NCBI GenBank assembly: GCA_012274225.1
Contig: JAAOZX010000211.1
Coordinates: forward strand, 1-44,193
DNA length: 44,193 nucleotides
From: Comamonadaceae bacterium
GTDB taxonomy: Bacteria > Pseudomonadota > Gammaproteobacteria > Burkholderiales > Burkholderiaceae_C
Reading direction: 5' to 3'
The position numbers and the translations under genes were made by a program. The notes beneath the pieces were generated by a model, which did not search any database, was not told the DNA's origin, and was given only the letters and a program-made list of their open reading frames with translations. This document shows positions 19,514 to 28,014 of the stretch, piece by piece (position 1 is the stretch's first letter; the number at the start of each line of letters is the position of its first letter).

Positions 19514-19527
19514 TTGATCTGGAACAA
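19514..19527. promoter_or_regulatory. bidirectional FNR-type box (dksA-like / pat-like)
   Basis: TTGAT-CTGG-AACAA; TACTCT at 19550-19555 (+) and CAGAAT at 19491-19486 (-), each 22 nt away. Confidence 0.75.
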
Positions 19528-19605
19528 GCTGGGGTCCGCGTTCGGCGCCTACTCTGGACAGAGGGGGGCGGCCCTGTCGTTCCCCGGAGTTCGCCAAGGA
19601 ATGCC

Positions 19606-22278
19606 ATGAGTGTTCGCAATCTCGAAGCCCTGCTGGCCCCGGCCTCGGTGGCAGTGATCGGGGTCTCCGATCGGCCGGACAACCTGGGCCAGGTCGTCTT
19701 GCGCAACGTGCAAGGCTCGGGTTTCAAGGGGCCGGTGTGGGTGGTGGACCATCGCAACGGCAACGTGGCGGGCCAGGCCACTTTTCCCGATGTCGAGTCG
19801 TTGCCCGCGGCACCCGATCTGGCCGTGATCTGCACGCCGGCAGCCACCGTTCCGGGCCTCATCGAAGCGCTGGCCCACAAGGGCACCCGGGCCGCCGCCG
19901 TGCTCTCGGCCGGCTTGAAGCAAAGCGTGGGCGGCGTGACCCTGGAGCAGTCCATGCTCGAGGCGGCACGCCCGCACCTGCTGCGCATTCTCGGGCCCAA
20001 CTGCCTGGGCCTGCTGGTGCCCGGCGCCCAGCTCAACGCCAGCTTCGCGCCTGGCAATGCCTTGCCCGGCTCGCTGGCGTTCATCACCCAGTCGGGCGCG
20101 CTGGCCACCGCCATGCTGGACTGGGCCAACGCCCACAGCATCGGCTTCTCCCATTTCATATCGGTTGGTGACAGCGCGGACGTCGATTTCGGCGACATGC
20201 TGGACTACCTGGCCAGCGATCCGGGCACCCGCGCCATCCTGATGTACATGGAATCGGTGAAGGCCGCCCGCAAGTTCATGTCCGCCGCGCGCGCCGCGTC
20301 GCGCAACAAGCCGGTGATCGTCGTGAAGGCCGGGCGCGCCCCGGCGGGCGCTAAGGCGGCGGCATCGCACACCGGCGCGCTGGCCGGCTCGGATGCGGTC
20401 TTCGACGCCGTGGTGCGGCGTGCCGGCATGTTGCGGGTCGACACGCTCGAGTCGCTGTTCGACGCGGCGGAGACCCTGGCGCACGTGAAACCCTGGCGCG
20501 GCGAACGGCTGGCCCTGCTCACCAATGGCGGGGGTGCCGGTGTGCTCGCCGCCGACGCGCTGTCGCTGGGCGGCGGTCAACTGGCTGAGCTCGGCCCCGA
20601 GACGCTCAAGGCACTGGACCAGTGCCTGCCGGCCACCTGGCCGGGCGCCAACCCGGTCGACATCATTGGCGACGCGCCGGTGGCTCGCTATGGCGCCGCG
20701 CTGCGCGTGCTGCTGGCAGCGCCCGAAGTCGACGGCGTCCTGTTGATGCACGCCCCCACGGCCATTGTCCCGTCTGCCGAGATCGCCGCCGAATGCCTGC
20801 CGTTGATCCAGCAAGCAGCCAAGCCGGTGCTGGCCTGCTGGCTGGGCGGCGCCACCGTCGCAGCCGCACGCCAGGCGTTCAACAGGGCCGGCATCGCCAG
20901 CTACGGCACACCCGAGCGCGCGGTGGCCGGCTGGCTGCAGCGCGTGACTTATCTGCGCAACCAGGAGGCCCTGTTGCAATTGCCGTCCGCCGTGCTGGAC
21001 GATTTCCGGCCGGATACGGCGCAGGCGCAGGCCTTGCTGGACCAGGCCCTGCGCGATGGCCGCGAATGGCTGGACGAGGAGCAGGCCAAGTTGCTGCTGC
21101 AGGCGTACGGCATTCCGACGGTGGAAACGCAAAAGGTCCATGACGCCGAAGAGGCTGTGGCCGCCGCGACGCGAATCGGTTTCCCGGTGGCGCTGAAGAT
21201 CCTGTCGCCGCAGATCCTGCACAAGTCCGACGTCGGCGGCGTGGCGCTGAACCTGGAATCGGCCGACGACGTGCGCAGCGCGGCGATGCGGATGCGCCAG
21301 CGCGTGGCGCACGCGCAGCCGAACGCTCACGTCCTCGGCTTCACCGTGCAGGCCATGGCGCAACGGCGCGGCGCGTACGAACTGATCGTGGGCGTGGCCA
21401 GCGATGCGGTGTTCGGGCCGGTGATCCTGTTCGGCGAGGGTGGGACGGCGGTGGAGTTGCGCAAGGATCGCGCGGTCGGGCTGCCGCCCTTGAACGAAAG
21501 GCTGGCGCGCGATTTGATCGCGCAGACCCAGGTCGCCGCGCTGTTGGCCGGCTACCGCGGGCGCGCTGCGATCGACCAGGGGGCGTTGATCGGCGCGATG
21601 CTCAAGGTTTCGCAAATGGCTTGCGACCTGCCGGCGCTGGCTGAGCTGGACATCAACCCGTTATTGGCCGACGCCCAGGGCGTGCTCGCGCTGGATGCCC
21701 GCGTGCGGGTGCGCCGGCCGGTTGCGGGCGAGCCCAGCCGGCTGGCCGTGCGGCCCTACCCGTCGGCGCTCGAGGAAAAGCTGACCGTGGGCGGCGTCGA
21801 GTTGCTGGCGCGGCCGATCCGGCCGGAGGACGGCGAGCGGCTGGCGGCGTTCTACGCCAAGGCTTCGCCCGCGGACATGCGGTTGCGTTTCTTCATGGCG
21901 CGGCGCGAAGTGCCCCATTCGGAGCTGGCGCGCTACTGCCAGATCGACTACGAGCGGGAAATGACTTTTGTCGCGCTGGCACCGGGTGGCGGCGACGCAC
22001 CGGCGATGGCCGGTGAAGTGAGGGCAGTGTGCGATCCGGACAACCGCACGGCGGAGTTCGCGATGCAGGTGGCCGCGAGCTGGCAGGGCAAGGGCCTGGG
22101 TCGGGCGCTGCTGGCCAAGCTGATCCGCTATCTGCGCGAGCGCGGGACCGGGGAAGTGATCGGCCAGTGCCTGGTCGAAAACGTGGCGATGGCGGCGCTG
22201 GCGCGTCGCCTGGGCTTCGAGGTGGACGCAGAAGGCAAGGATGGCGTCATGGCAATGCGCCTGGTGCTGAGCGGCTGA
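19606..22278 (+). CDS. NDP-forming acyl-CoA synthetase-like plus GNAT fusion (Pat/PatZ-type protein acetyltransferase)
   Basis: P.SVAVIG, GPNCLG, QSGA, SHTGALAG, HKSDVGGV, ELDINP motifs; C-terminal GNAT with WQGKGLG. Confidence 0.92.
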   Translation: MSVRNLEALLAPASVAVIGVSDRPDNLGQVVLRNVQGSGFKGPVWVVDHRNGNVAGQATFPDVESLPAAPDLAVICTPAATVPGLIEALAHKGTRAAAVLSAGLKQSVGGVTLEQSMLEAARPHLLRILGPNCLGLLVPGAQLNASFAPGNALPGSLAFITQSGALATAMLDWANAHSIGFSHFISVGDSADVDFGDMLDYLASDPGTRAILMYMESVKAARKFMSAARAASRNKPVIVVKAGRAPAGAKAAASHTGALAGSDAVFDAVVRRAGMLRVDTLESLFDAAETLAHVKPWRGERLALLTNGGGAGVLAADALSLGGGQLAELGPETLKALDQCLPATWPGANPVDIIGDAPVARYGAALRVLLAAPEVDGVLLMHAPTAIVPSAEIAAECLPLIQQAAKPVLACWLGGATVAAARQAFNRAGIASYGTPERAVAGWLQRVTYLRNQEALLQLPSAVLDDFRPDTAQAQALLDQALRDGREWLDEEQAKLLLQAYGIPTVETQKVHDAEEAVAAATRIGFPVALKILSPQILHKSDVGGVALNLESADDVRSAAMRMRQRVAHAQPNAHVLGFTVQAMAQRRGAYELIVGVASDAVFGPVILFGEGGTAVELRKDRAVGLPPLNERLARDLIAQTQVAALLAGYRGRAAIDQGALIGAMLKVSQMACDLPALAELDINPLLADAQGVLALDARVRVRRPVAGEPSRLAVRPYPSALEEKLTVGGVELLARPIRPEDGERLAAFYAKASPADMRLRFFMARREVPHSELARYCQIDYEREMTFVALAPGGGDAPAMAGEVRAVCDPDNRTAEFAMQVAASWQGKGLGRALLAKLIRYLRERGTGEVIGQCLVENVAMAALARRLGFEVDAEGKDGVMAMRLVLSG

Positions 22279-22312
22279 GGCGCGTCGCGCGAGCGCCGAC
22301 GCACAGGAAGGA

Positions 22313-23110
22313 TCAGGCCGGACGGCTCAGTTGCAGGTCCTGCTGGTTGACGATGCGGCGCAGGGCGCCGGTGTCGACGATGCGCACGTGGCGCTGGCGG
22401 ACCTCGACGATGCCTTCTTCGGCGAACTTGGAAAAGGTGCGGCTGACGGTTTCCAGCTTCAGGCCCAGGTAGCTGCCGATTTCCTCGCGCGTCATGCGCA
22501 GCACCAGCTCCGAGCGGGAGAAGCCGCGGGCGTGCAGCCGCTGCACCAGGTTGAGCAGGAAGGCGGCCAGGCGCTCTTCGGCACGCATGCTGCCCAGCAG
22601 CAGCATGACACCGTGCTCACGCACGATCTCGCGGCTCATGATGCGATGCACATGGTGCTGCAAGGCGTTGACTTCGCGCGAGAGTTCGCCGATGCGGTCG
22701 AACGGCATCACGCAGACCTCGGCGTCCTCCAGCGCCACGGCGTCGCAGGTGTGGTGGTCGTTGACGATGCCGTCCAGGCCGATGATCTCGCCGGCCATCT
22801 GGAAACCGGTCACCTGGTCGCGACCGTCTTCCGCCGTGACGCAGGTCTTGAAGAAGCCGGTGCGGATGGCGAACAGCGACTGGAACGACTCGCCGTTGCG
22901 AAACAGGGTGGTGCCGCGCTTGACCTTGCGCCGCACGGCAACCACCTCATCGATGCGAATCAGCTCCTGGGGGCTCAGGCCGACCGGCATGCACAGCTCG
23001 CGCAGGTTGCAGTTCGAGCACGCGACCTTCATGCTGTGCCCGTCGAACAGCGGATTGTCCCCGGGCGGTATCAGGGTTACCTCGTGGGCGGTCATAGGGG
23101 TTTCGTTCAT
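22313..23110 (-). CDS. fnr: O2-sensing [4Fe-4S] regulator FNR/Anr
   Basis: N-terminal CSNCNLRELC, central HTCD Cys, HTH MTREEIGSYLGLKLETVSR. Confidence 0.95.
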   Translation of the reverse strand: MNETPMTAHEVTLIPPGDNPLFDGHSMKVACSNCNLRELCMPVGLSPQELIRIDEVVAVRRKVKRGTTLFRNGESFQSLFAIRTGFFKTCVTAEDGRDQVTGFQMAGEIIGLDGIVNDHHTCDAVALEDAEVCVMPFDRIGELSREVNALQHHVHRIMSREIVREHGVMLLLGSMRAEERLAAFLLNLVQRLHARGFSRSELVLRMTREEIGSYLGLKLETVSRTFSKFAEEGIVEVRQRHVRIVDTGALRRIVNQQDLQLSRPA

Positions 23111-23123
23111 GGCGCAGTCAGTT

Positions 23124-23137
23124 CTGATCTAGGTCAA
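23124..23137. promoter_or_regulatory. FNR-type box over the predicted fnr transcription start (autorepression candidate)
   Basis: CTGAT-CTAG-GTCAA, 13 nt upstream of the fnr start codon. Confidence 0.6.
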
Positions 23138-23164
23138 ATTGTCCGGGTGGGCGCAGGCCCCGGG

Positions 23165-23178
23165 TTGACACAGATCAA
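23165..23178. promoter_or_regulatory. FNR box between fnr and hemN
   Basis: TTGAC-ACAG-ATCAA; CACAGT at 23201-23206 (+) and GACAAT at 23143-23138 (-). Confidence 0.8.
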
Positions 23179-23237
23179 GCATGACGGGCATGGTGGCCTG
23201 CACAGTACCATGCAATGCTGTCCTTTAGAAGCCCCCA

Positions 23238-24620
23238 ATGACGCCACTTTCTCCCGACCTGTTGCGACGTTTCGACGTCCCGGGTCCTCGCTACACCTCG
23301 TACCCGACGGCCGACCGGTTCGTCGAGGCCTTCACGGCCGCCGACTACAGCCAGGCCCTCGATCAGCGGCGCGCCGGCCCCGCTGCCCTGGCGCTGCCCC
23401 TGTCGCTGTACATCCACATTCCATTTTGCGAGTCGCTTTGCTATTACTGCGGCTGCAACAAAATCATTACAAAGCATCACAACCGGGCCGCGAGCTATCT
23501 GCGCTACCTGGCCCGGGAAGTGGACCTGCACACCGAGAAGCTGGGCGTGGGCCAGGCCGTAACGCAATTGCACCTGGGCGGGGGCACCCCCACCTTCCTG
23601 TCGGACGAAGAACTGCGCGAACTGATGGCCATGCTGCGCCGCAGCTTTGCGATGGCACCCGGTGGCGAATATTCGATCGAGGTCGACCCGCGCACCATCG
23701 ACAAGGGCAGGCTGCAGACCCTGGCCGATCTCGGCTTCAACCGCCTGAGTTTCGGCGTCCAGGACTTCGACCCCGACGTGCAAAAGGCCGTGCATCGGAT
23801 CCAGCCGTTCGAACAGGTTGCCAAGCTGATGGAGGAGGCCCGTGACATCGGATTCGATTCCATCAACATGGACCTGATCTACGGCCTGCCGCGGCAATCG
23901 CCGGAATCGTTCGCGCGCACGCTCACGCAGGTCAACGGCCTCAGGCCCGACCGCATCGCCCTGTACGCCTATGCGCACCTGCCGGAGCGCTTCAAGCCGC
24001 AGCGCCGCATCATCGGGTCCGAGCTGCCGGGAGCCCCTTCCAAGCTGGCGATGCTGTCGCAATCGCTCGCGGCTTTCCAGGAAGCCGGTTATGTGTACGT
24101 CGGCATGGACCACTTCGCCTTGCCCAACGACGCGCTGGCTGTGGCCAAGCGCCAGGGCCGCCTGCATCGCAATTTCCAGGGCTACAGCACGCACTCCGAC
24201 TGCGACCTGATCGGGCTGGGCGTTTCCGCCATCGGCAAGGTCGGCGCCACCTACAGCCAGAACGCCAAGACGATGGAGGAGTACTGCGACCACCTCGACC
24301 AGGGCCGGTTGCCGGTGGTGCGCGGCCTGGCGCTGACCCGCGACGACCTGACGCGCCGCGCCGTGATCATGTCGCTGATGTGCCAGGGACAAGTGGTGTT
24401 CGAATCGATCGAACTGGCCTGGCTGCTGGATTTCCAGCAGTACTTCGCGCCCGAGCTCGAAGCGATGCGCGACCTCGCCGACAAGGGCTTGGTGGTGCTC
24501 GACGACGCCGGCATCCAGGTGACCGGCATGGGCTGGTACTTCGTGCGGGCCGTCGCCATGGTGTTCGACCGCTATCTGCAGGCCGACCGCAACCGCGCCC
24601 GGTTCTCGCGCATCATCTAG
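23238..24620 (+). CDS. hemN: oxygen-independent coproporphyrinogen III oxidase
   Basis: GPRYTSYPTA, radical SAM CESLCYYCGC, GGGTP, RNFQGY, RFSRII end. Confidence 0.97.
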   Translation: MTPLSPDLLRRFDVPGPRYTSYPTADRFVEAFTAADYSQALDQRRAGPAALALPLSLYIHIPFCESLCYYCGCNKIITKHHNRAASYLRYLAREVDLHTEKLGVGQAVTQLHLGGGTPTFLSDEELRELMAMLRRSFAMAPGGEYSIEVDPRTIDKGRLQTLADLGFNRLSFGVQDFDPDVQKAVHRIQPFEQVAKLMEEARDIGFDSINMDLIYGLPRQSPESFARTLTQVNGLRPDRIALYAYAHLPERFKPQRRIIGSELPGAPSKLAMLSQSLAAFQEAGYVYVGMDHFALPNDALAVAKRQGRLHRNFQGYSTHSDCDLIGLGVSAIGKVGATYSQNAKTMEEYCDHLDQGRLPVVRGLALTRDDLTRRAVIMSLMCQGQVVFESIELAWLLDFQQYFAPELEAMRDLADKGLVVLDDAGIQVTGMGWYFVRAVAMVFDRYLQADRNRARFSRII

Positions 24621-24637
24621 GTTCACCGCCTCATCGG

Positions 24638-25318
24638 ATGTCGTTCGCCCTTGCCCTTTCGGCGCTGCTGATGGGGCTGGCCGGCGGCCCGCATTGCATT
24701 GCGATGTGCGGCGCCGCATGCGCCGGCCTCACCCGCCTGGGCGCCGCGTCACCGTCGCGCTCCCTCTGGATGTTCCAGGCCGGGCGGCTGGCGGGCTATT
24801 CGGCGGCGGGTGCCGCAGCCGCCTTCACCGTGCAAAGCCTGGGCTGGCTGACCTCGCAGGCGGCCAGCCTGCGGCCGGTCTGGACCTTGTTCCACCTGGC
24901 CGTCCTGGCCTGGGGCCTGATGCTGATCGCCCAGGCGCGCCAGCCGATGTGGGTCAGCAGCGCCGGGCGCAGCATCTGGTCGCGCGTGCGTCCCGCGGTC
25001 TCGGCGCGCGGCGGGGTTTTCGCGACCGGCATGCTGTGGACGTTCATGCCTTGCGGGCTGTTGTACTCGGCGTTGCTGGTGGCATCCCTCAGCGGCGGAC
25101 CGCTGGACGGCGCGCTGGCAATGGCTTTGTTCGCTTTGGGCAGCGGTGCGTCGCTGTCGTTGGCTCCTGCGCTGCTGGCGCGCTTGCAGCAGGCCGGCAA
25201 CCGCTGGCGCCAGGACTGGGGCACCCGCGCCGCCGGCGCGCTGCTGGTACTGGCTGCCGTGTGGGGCCTGTGGATGGACCTGGCCCATCGCATCGCGATC
25301 TGGTGCGGCCTGGCCTGA
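24638..25318 (+). CDS. TauE/SafE-like (DsbD_2) membrane protein
   Basis: multi-TM; HCIAMCG and MPCGLLY motifs; common beside hemN/fnr. Confidence 0.85.
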   Translation: MSFALALSALLMGLAGGPHCIAMCGAACAGLTRLGAASPSRSLWMFQAGRLAGYSAAGAAAAFTVQSLGWLTSQAASLRPVWTLFHLAVLAWGLMLIAQARQPMWVSSAGRSIWSRVRPAVSARGGVFATGMLWTFMPCGLLYSALLVASLSGGPLDGALAMALFALGSGASLSLAPALLARLQQAGNRWRQDWGTRAAGALLVLAAVWGLWMDLAHRIAIWCGLA

Positions 25319-25415
25319 CCCAAGCCCCCAGCTGGGCGGCTAAGGACACTCTACAAGAACCGCGCATTCCAGCATGTGGACCGCGCGGAGCATCGCCCAG
25401 CGATTTATTCCGGAG

Positions 25416-26774
25416 CTACGCCAGCTCCACCGTCTCGAGGTAATAGGGCATCGCGCACTGCCAGTGAAGTTCCCGCTCGATGCGCTGGCGCAGTGCGTCG
25501 GCTGCTGCCGGCTCGCCGTGCGTGATGAAGGTGTGGCGCGGCGGCGCGGCGAAGCCCTTCAGCCAATCGATGATTTCCCCGGCGTCGGCATGGGCCGACA
25601 GCGTGTCCAGCATGGCGATTTCGGCCCGCACCGGGATGTCCTGACCGTGGATGCGCACCGTCGGCGCGCCGCTGACCAGCGTCGCACCGCGCGTGCCGCC
25701 GGCCTGGTAACCCGTGAACAGGATGGTGTTGCGCTGGTCAGGCGCGAAGGCCTTCAGGTGATGGACCACCCGGCCGCCGGTGGCCATGCCGCTGGCCGCG
25801 ATGATCACCATCGGGCCGTGCCGGGCATTGAGCTGCTGCGATTCCTCGGGCGTGGCCACCACCTGCACGTCGCGGGTCATGGCCCGGCACTCGACGGCGC
25901 TCAGACGCAGCTCCGGCAGATGGTCGAGGTAGGCAAGCGTCGCGCTCGCGGCCATCGGACTGTTGAGATAGACCGGGACGTTGCGGATGGTTCCGCGCTC
26001 TTTCAGCACCTGGATGGCATGCAGCAGCGTCTGGGCCCGGCCCACCGCGAAAGCCGGAATCACCACCACGCCGCCGCGCGCCGAGGTTCGATTGATGACG
26101 TCGGCCAGTTGCTGCAGGGGATCGGTGCGGTCGTGCAGGCGATCGCCATAGGTTGACTCCACCACCAGGTAATCGGCCCCCGCCATGCGGGTCGGGGCTT
26201 TGAGCACCGGGTCCTCGGGGCGACCGAGGTCGCCGGAAAAAAGGATCGAGCGGCGGCCGTTGTCGATGCGAACGAATGACGAGCCCAGCATATGGCCCGA
26301 GGGCGAAAGGCTTGCTTGCAGGCCAGCCGCCAGCGCCCAGGACTGGCCCGCCTCGATGGGATGGAACAGCTTCAGGCAGCGCAGCGCGTCCTCACGCGTG
26401 TACAGCGGCAGCGCTGGTGCATGCTTGGTGAGCTGATGGCGGTTGAGGTATTGCGCTTCTTCCTCCAGCAGATGGCCCGAGTCGGTGAGCAGGATGCGGC
26501 ACAGGTCGCGAGTGGCTGGCGTGCAGTAGACCTTGCCGCGAAAGCCCTGTCGGGCCAGCAGCGGCACATAGCCGCTGTGGTCGATGTGGGCATGGGTCAG
26601 GATCACCGCGTCGATGTCCGCGGCGGGCACCGGCAACGGCGTCCAGTTGCGCAGGCGCAGTTGCTTGTAACCCTGGAACAGGCCACAGTCGACCAGCACC
26701 CTGGCGTTGCCCTCGCGCAGCAGGTACTTGGAGCCGGTGACCGTGTCGGTCGCGCCGAGGAACTGAAGATTCAT
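25416..26774 (-). CDS. MBL-fold beta-CASP ribonuclease-family protein
   Basis: LGATDTVTGS, DCGLFQG, THAHIDH, GHMLGS, SGDLG, ESTYG, SAHAD and ITHGE motifs. Confidence 0.92.
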   Translation of the reverse strand: MNLQFLGATDTVTGSKYLLREGNARVLVDCGLFQGYKQLRLRNWTPLPVPAADIDAVILTHAHIDHSGYVPLLARQGFRGKVYCTPATRDLCRILLTDSGHLLEEEAQYLNRHQLTKHAPALPLYTREDALRCLKLFHPIEAGQSWALAAGLQASLSPSGHMLGSSFVRIDNGRRSILFSGDLGRPEDPVLKAPTRMAGADYLVVESTYGDRLHDRTDPLQQLADVINRTSARGGVVVIPAFAVGRAQTLLHAIQVLKERGTIRNVPVYLNSPMAASATLAYLDHLPELRLSAVECRAMTRDVQVVATPEESQQLNARHGPMVIIAASGMATGGRVVHHLKAFAPDQRNTILFTGYQAGGTRGATLVSGAPTVRIHGQDIPVRAEIAMLDTLSAHADAGEIIDWLKGFAAPPRHTFITHGEPAAADALRQRIERELHWQCAMPYYLETVELA

Positions 26775-26807
26775 GATTCAGTCTAGGAAGCACGGGCGCG
26801 AAACCCG

Positions 26808-26821
26808 TTGATCTGAATCAG
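26808..26821. promoter_or_regulatory. FNR-type box for the beta-CASP gene
   Basis: TTGAT-CTGA-ATCAG; minus-strand TAGACT (26785-26780) 22 nt away. Confidence 0.75.
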
Positions 26822-26879
26822 GTTAAGTCCCGTCCCGCGGCGATTTCATTGCCGATCCTGTCGGCGCTGCAGGAGGGCG

Positions 26880-27479
26880 CTACAGTGGCTTGATCTGCAC
26901 CTTGCGGAATTTCACGACGCCGCCGGCGTACTGCAGCGCGATCGGACCGCTGGGCAGCTTGCCGTCGTCGGCCTGCGCCGTCTGCACGCCATTCAGGACG
27001 ACCGTCATGCGGGTGCCCTTGGCCGTGATGTCGAAGGTGTTCCATTTGCCACCCGCCTTGGGCATCGGCGAGACCGGCGAGAGGTGGACGATGGCCCCGG
27101 TGCCATAGGTCGGGTCGGGCCGGCGGTCGAAGATGTTCGCCTCGTAGCAGGTCCGGTCGGTCATCGGCCGGGTCGCGGCGCAACGCATGTAGATGCCGCT
27201 GTTGGCGTCGTCGCTGACCCAGAACTCGACGCGGATCTGGAAATCCTTGTAGCTCTTCTTCGAAACCAGGAAGGTGCTGTCGTTGCCCGGCCGCCGGTCG
27301 GCGACGATTGCGCCGCCTTCGGCCCGCCAGTTGGCGCCGCCCAGGTCGGTGAAGTTCTCCATCCCGTTGGCGCCGTCGATCAGCGTTTCCCAACCGGTGG
27401 CGCTGTCCATTGCGGCGCAGCCCGCCAGCGAAAGCGCGGTTACCAGCGAGGCCGCAGCGAGGGAACTCAGTCGATTCAT
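26880..27479 (-). CDS. DUF1080 (3-keto-disaccharide hydrolase-like) lipoprotein
   Basis: lipobox LAGC; W..LIDG, YKDF, ANSGIY, YEANI, GKWN and GPIALQ motifs. Confidence 0.88.
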   Translation of the reverse strand: MNRLSSLAAASLVTALSLAGCAAMDSATGWETLIDGANGMENFTDLGGANWRAEGGAIVADRRPGNDSTFLVSKKSYKDFQIRVEFWVSDDANSGIYMRCAATRPMTDRTCYEANIFDRRPDPTYGTGAIVHLSPVSPMPKAGGKWNTFDITAKGTRMTVVLNGVQTAQADDGKLPSGPIALQYAGGVVKFRKVQIKPL

Positions 27480-27557
27480 CGTCGTCTCCCGTGAATGATT
27501 GGACTAGGACTTATAGCAATGAAGCCGGGCCGCGGCAAGGCGGTTTTCGCCGGGCTG

Positions 27558-28007
27558 CTAGCGCGGCCGGATCACGTAGCGTGACAGCGGGTCTTGCTCG
27601 GCGAAGCGGCCGGAAAGCCGATGGGCCAGCTGGTTGCCTTCCTGTGCCACCCAGTACAGCTGGGCCCAGCCTTCGGCGCGCATCGCGTTGCACAGCCATT
27701 CGATCAAGGCGCTGGCGATGCCGCGGCCGCGGGCGGACGGCACCACATACAGGTCTTGCAGGCAGCAAACCGCCTGGCGCTCGAGGGTGTGCTCGTGGAC
27801 CACGCAATGCGCCAGGCCGTACACCTGACCCTCGACCTCGGCCACGATGCACATGACGGCTGAGTCGGGATCGAGAATGCGGGTCCAGGTGCGGCGCGTG
27901 ACGTCCTGGCCGGCGCTCACGCCGATGTCGTCGCAGTAACCGCGCCAAAGCTGCAGCCAGGCCGCCTCGTCGGCGGGCAGGGCGGAGCGGATGACGGGCG
28001 TGTCCAT
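27558..28007 (-). CDS. GNAT-family N-acetyltransferase
   Basis: W..LW.GY; LQDLYVVPSARGRGIASALI acetyl-CoA motif; LYW. Confidence 0.88.
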   Translation of the reverse strand: MDTPVIRSALPADEAAWLQLWRGYCDDIGVSAGQDVTRRTWTRILDPDSAVMCIVAEVEGQVYGLAHCVVHEHTLERQAVCCLQDLYVVPSARGRGIASALIEWLCNAMRAEGWAQLYWVAQEGNQLAHRLSGRFAEQDPLSRYVIRPR

Positions 28008-28014
28008 CCAGAGT

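Noticed and set aside
19461-20198. Long N-terminal extension of the DksA-like ORF (similarly groEL 1290-1466, usp 9250-9447, hsp20 14738-15055)
   Set aside because: The extensions overlap promoters or other genes, and SD-preceded downstream starts match family N-termini.
25416-26774. Possible beta-lactamase resistance gene
   Set aside because: No signal peptide, and beta-CASP/RMMBL motifs indicate the RNA-processing branch of the MBL fold.
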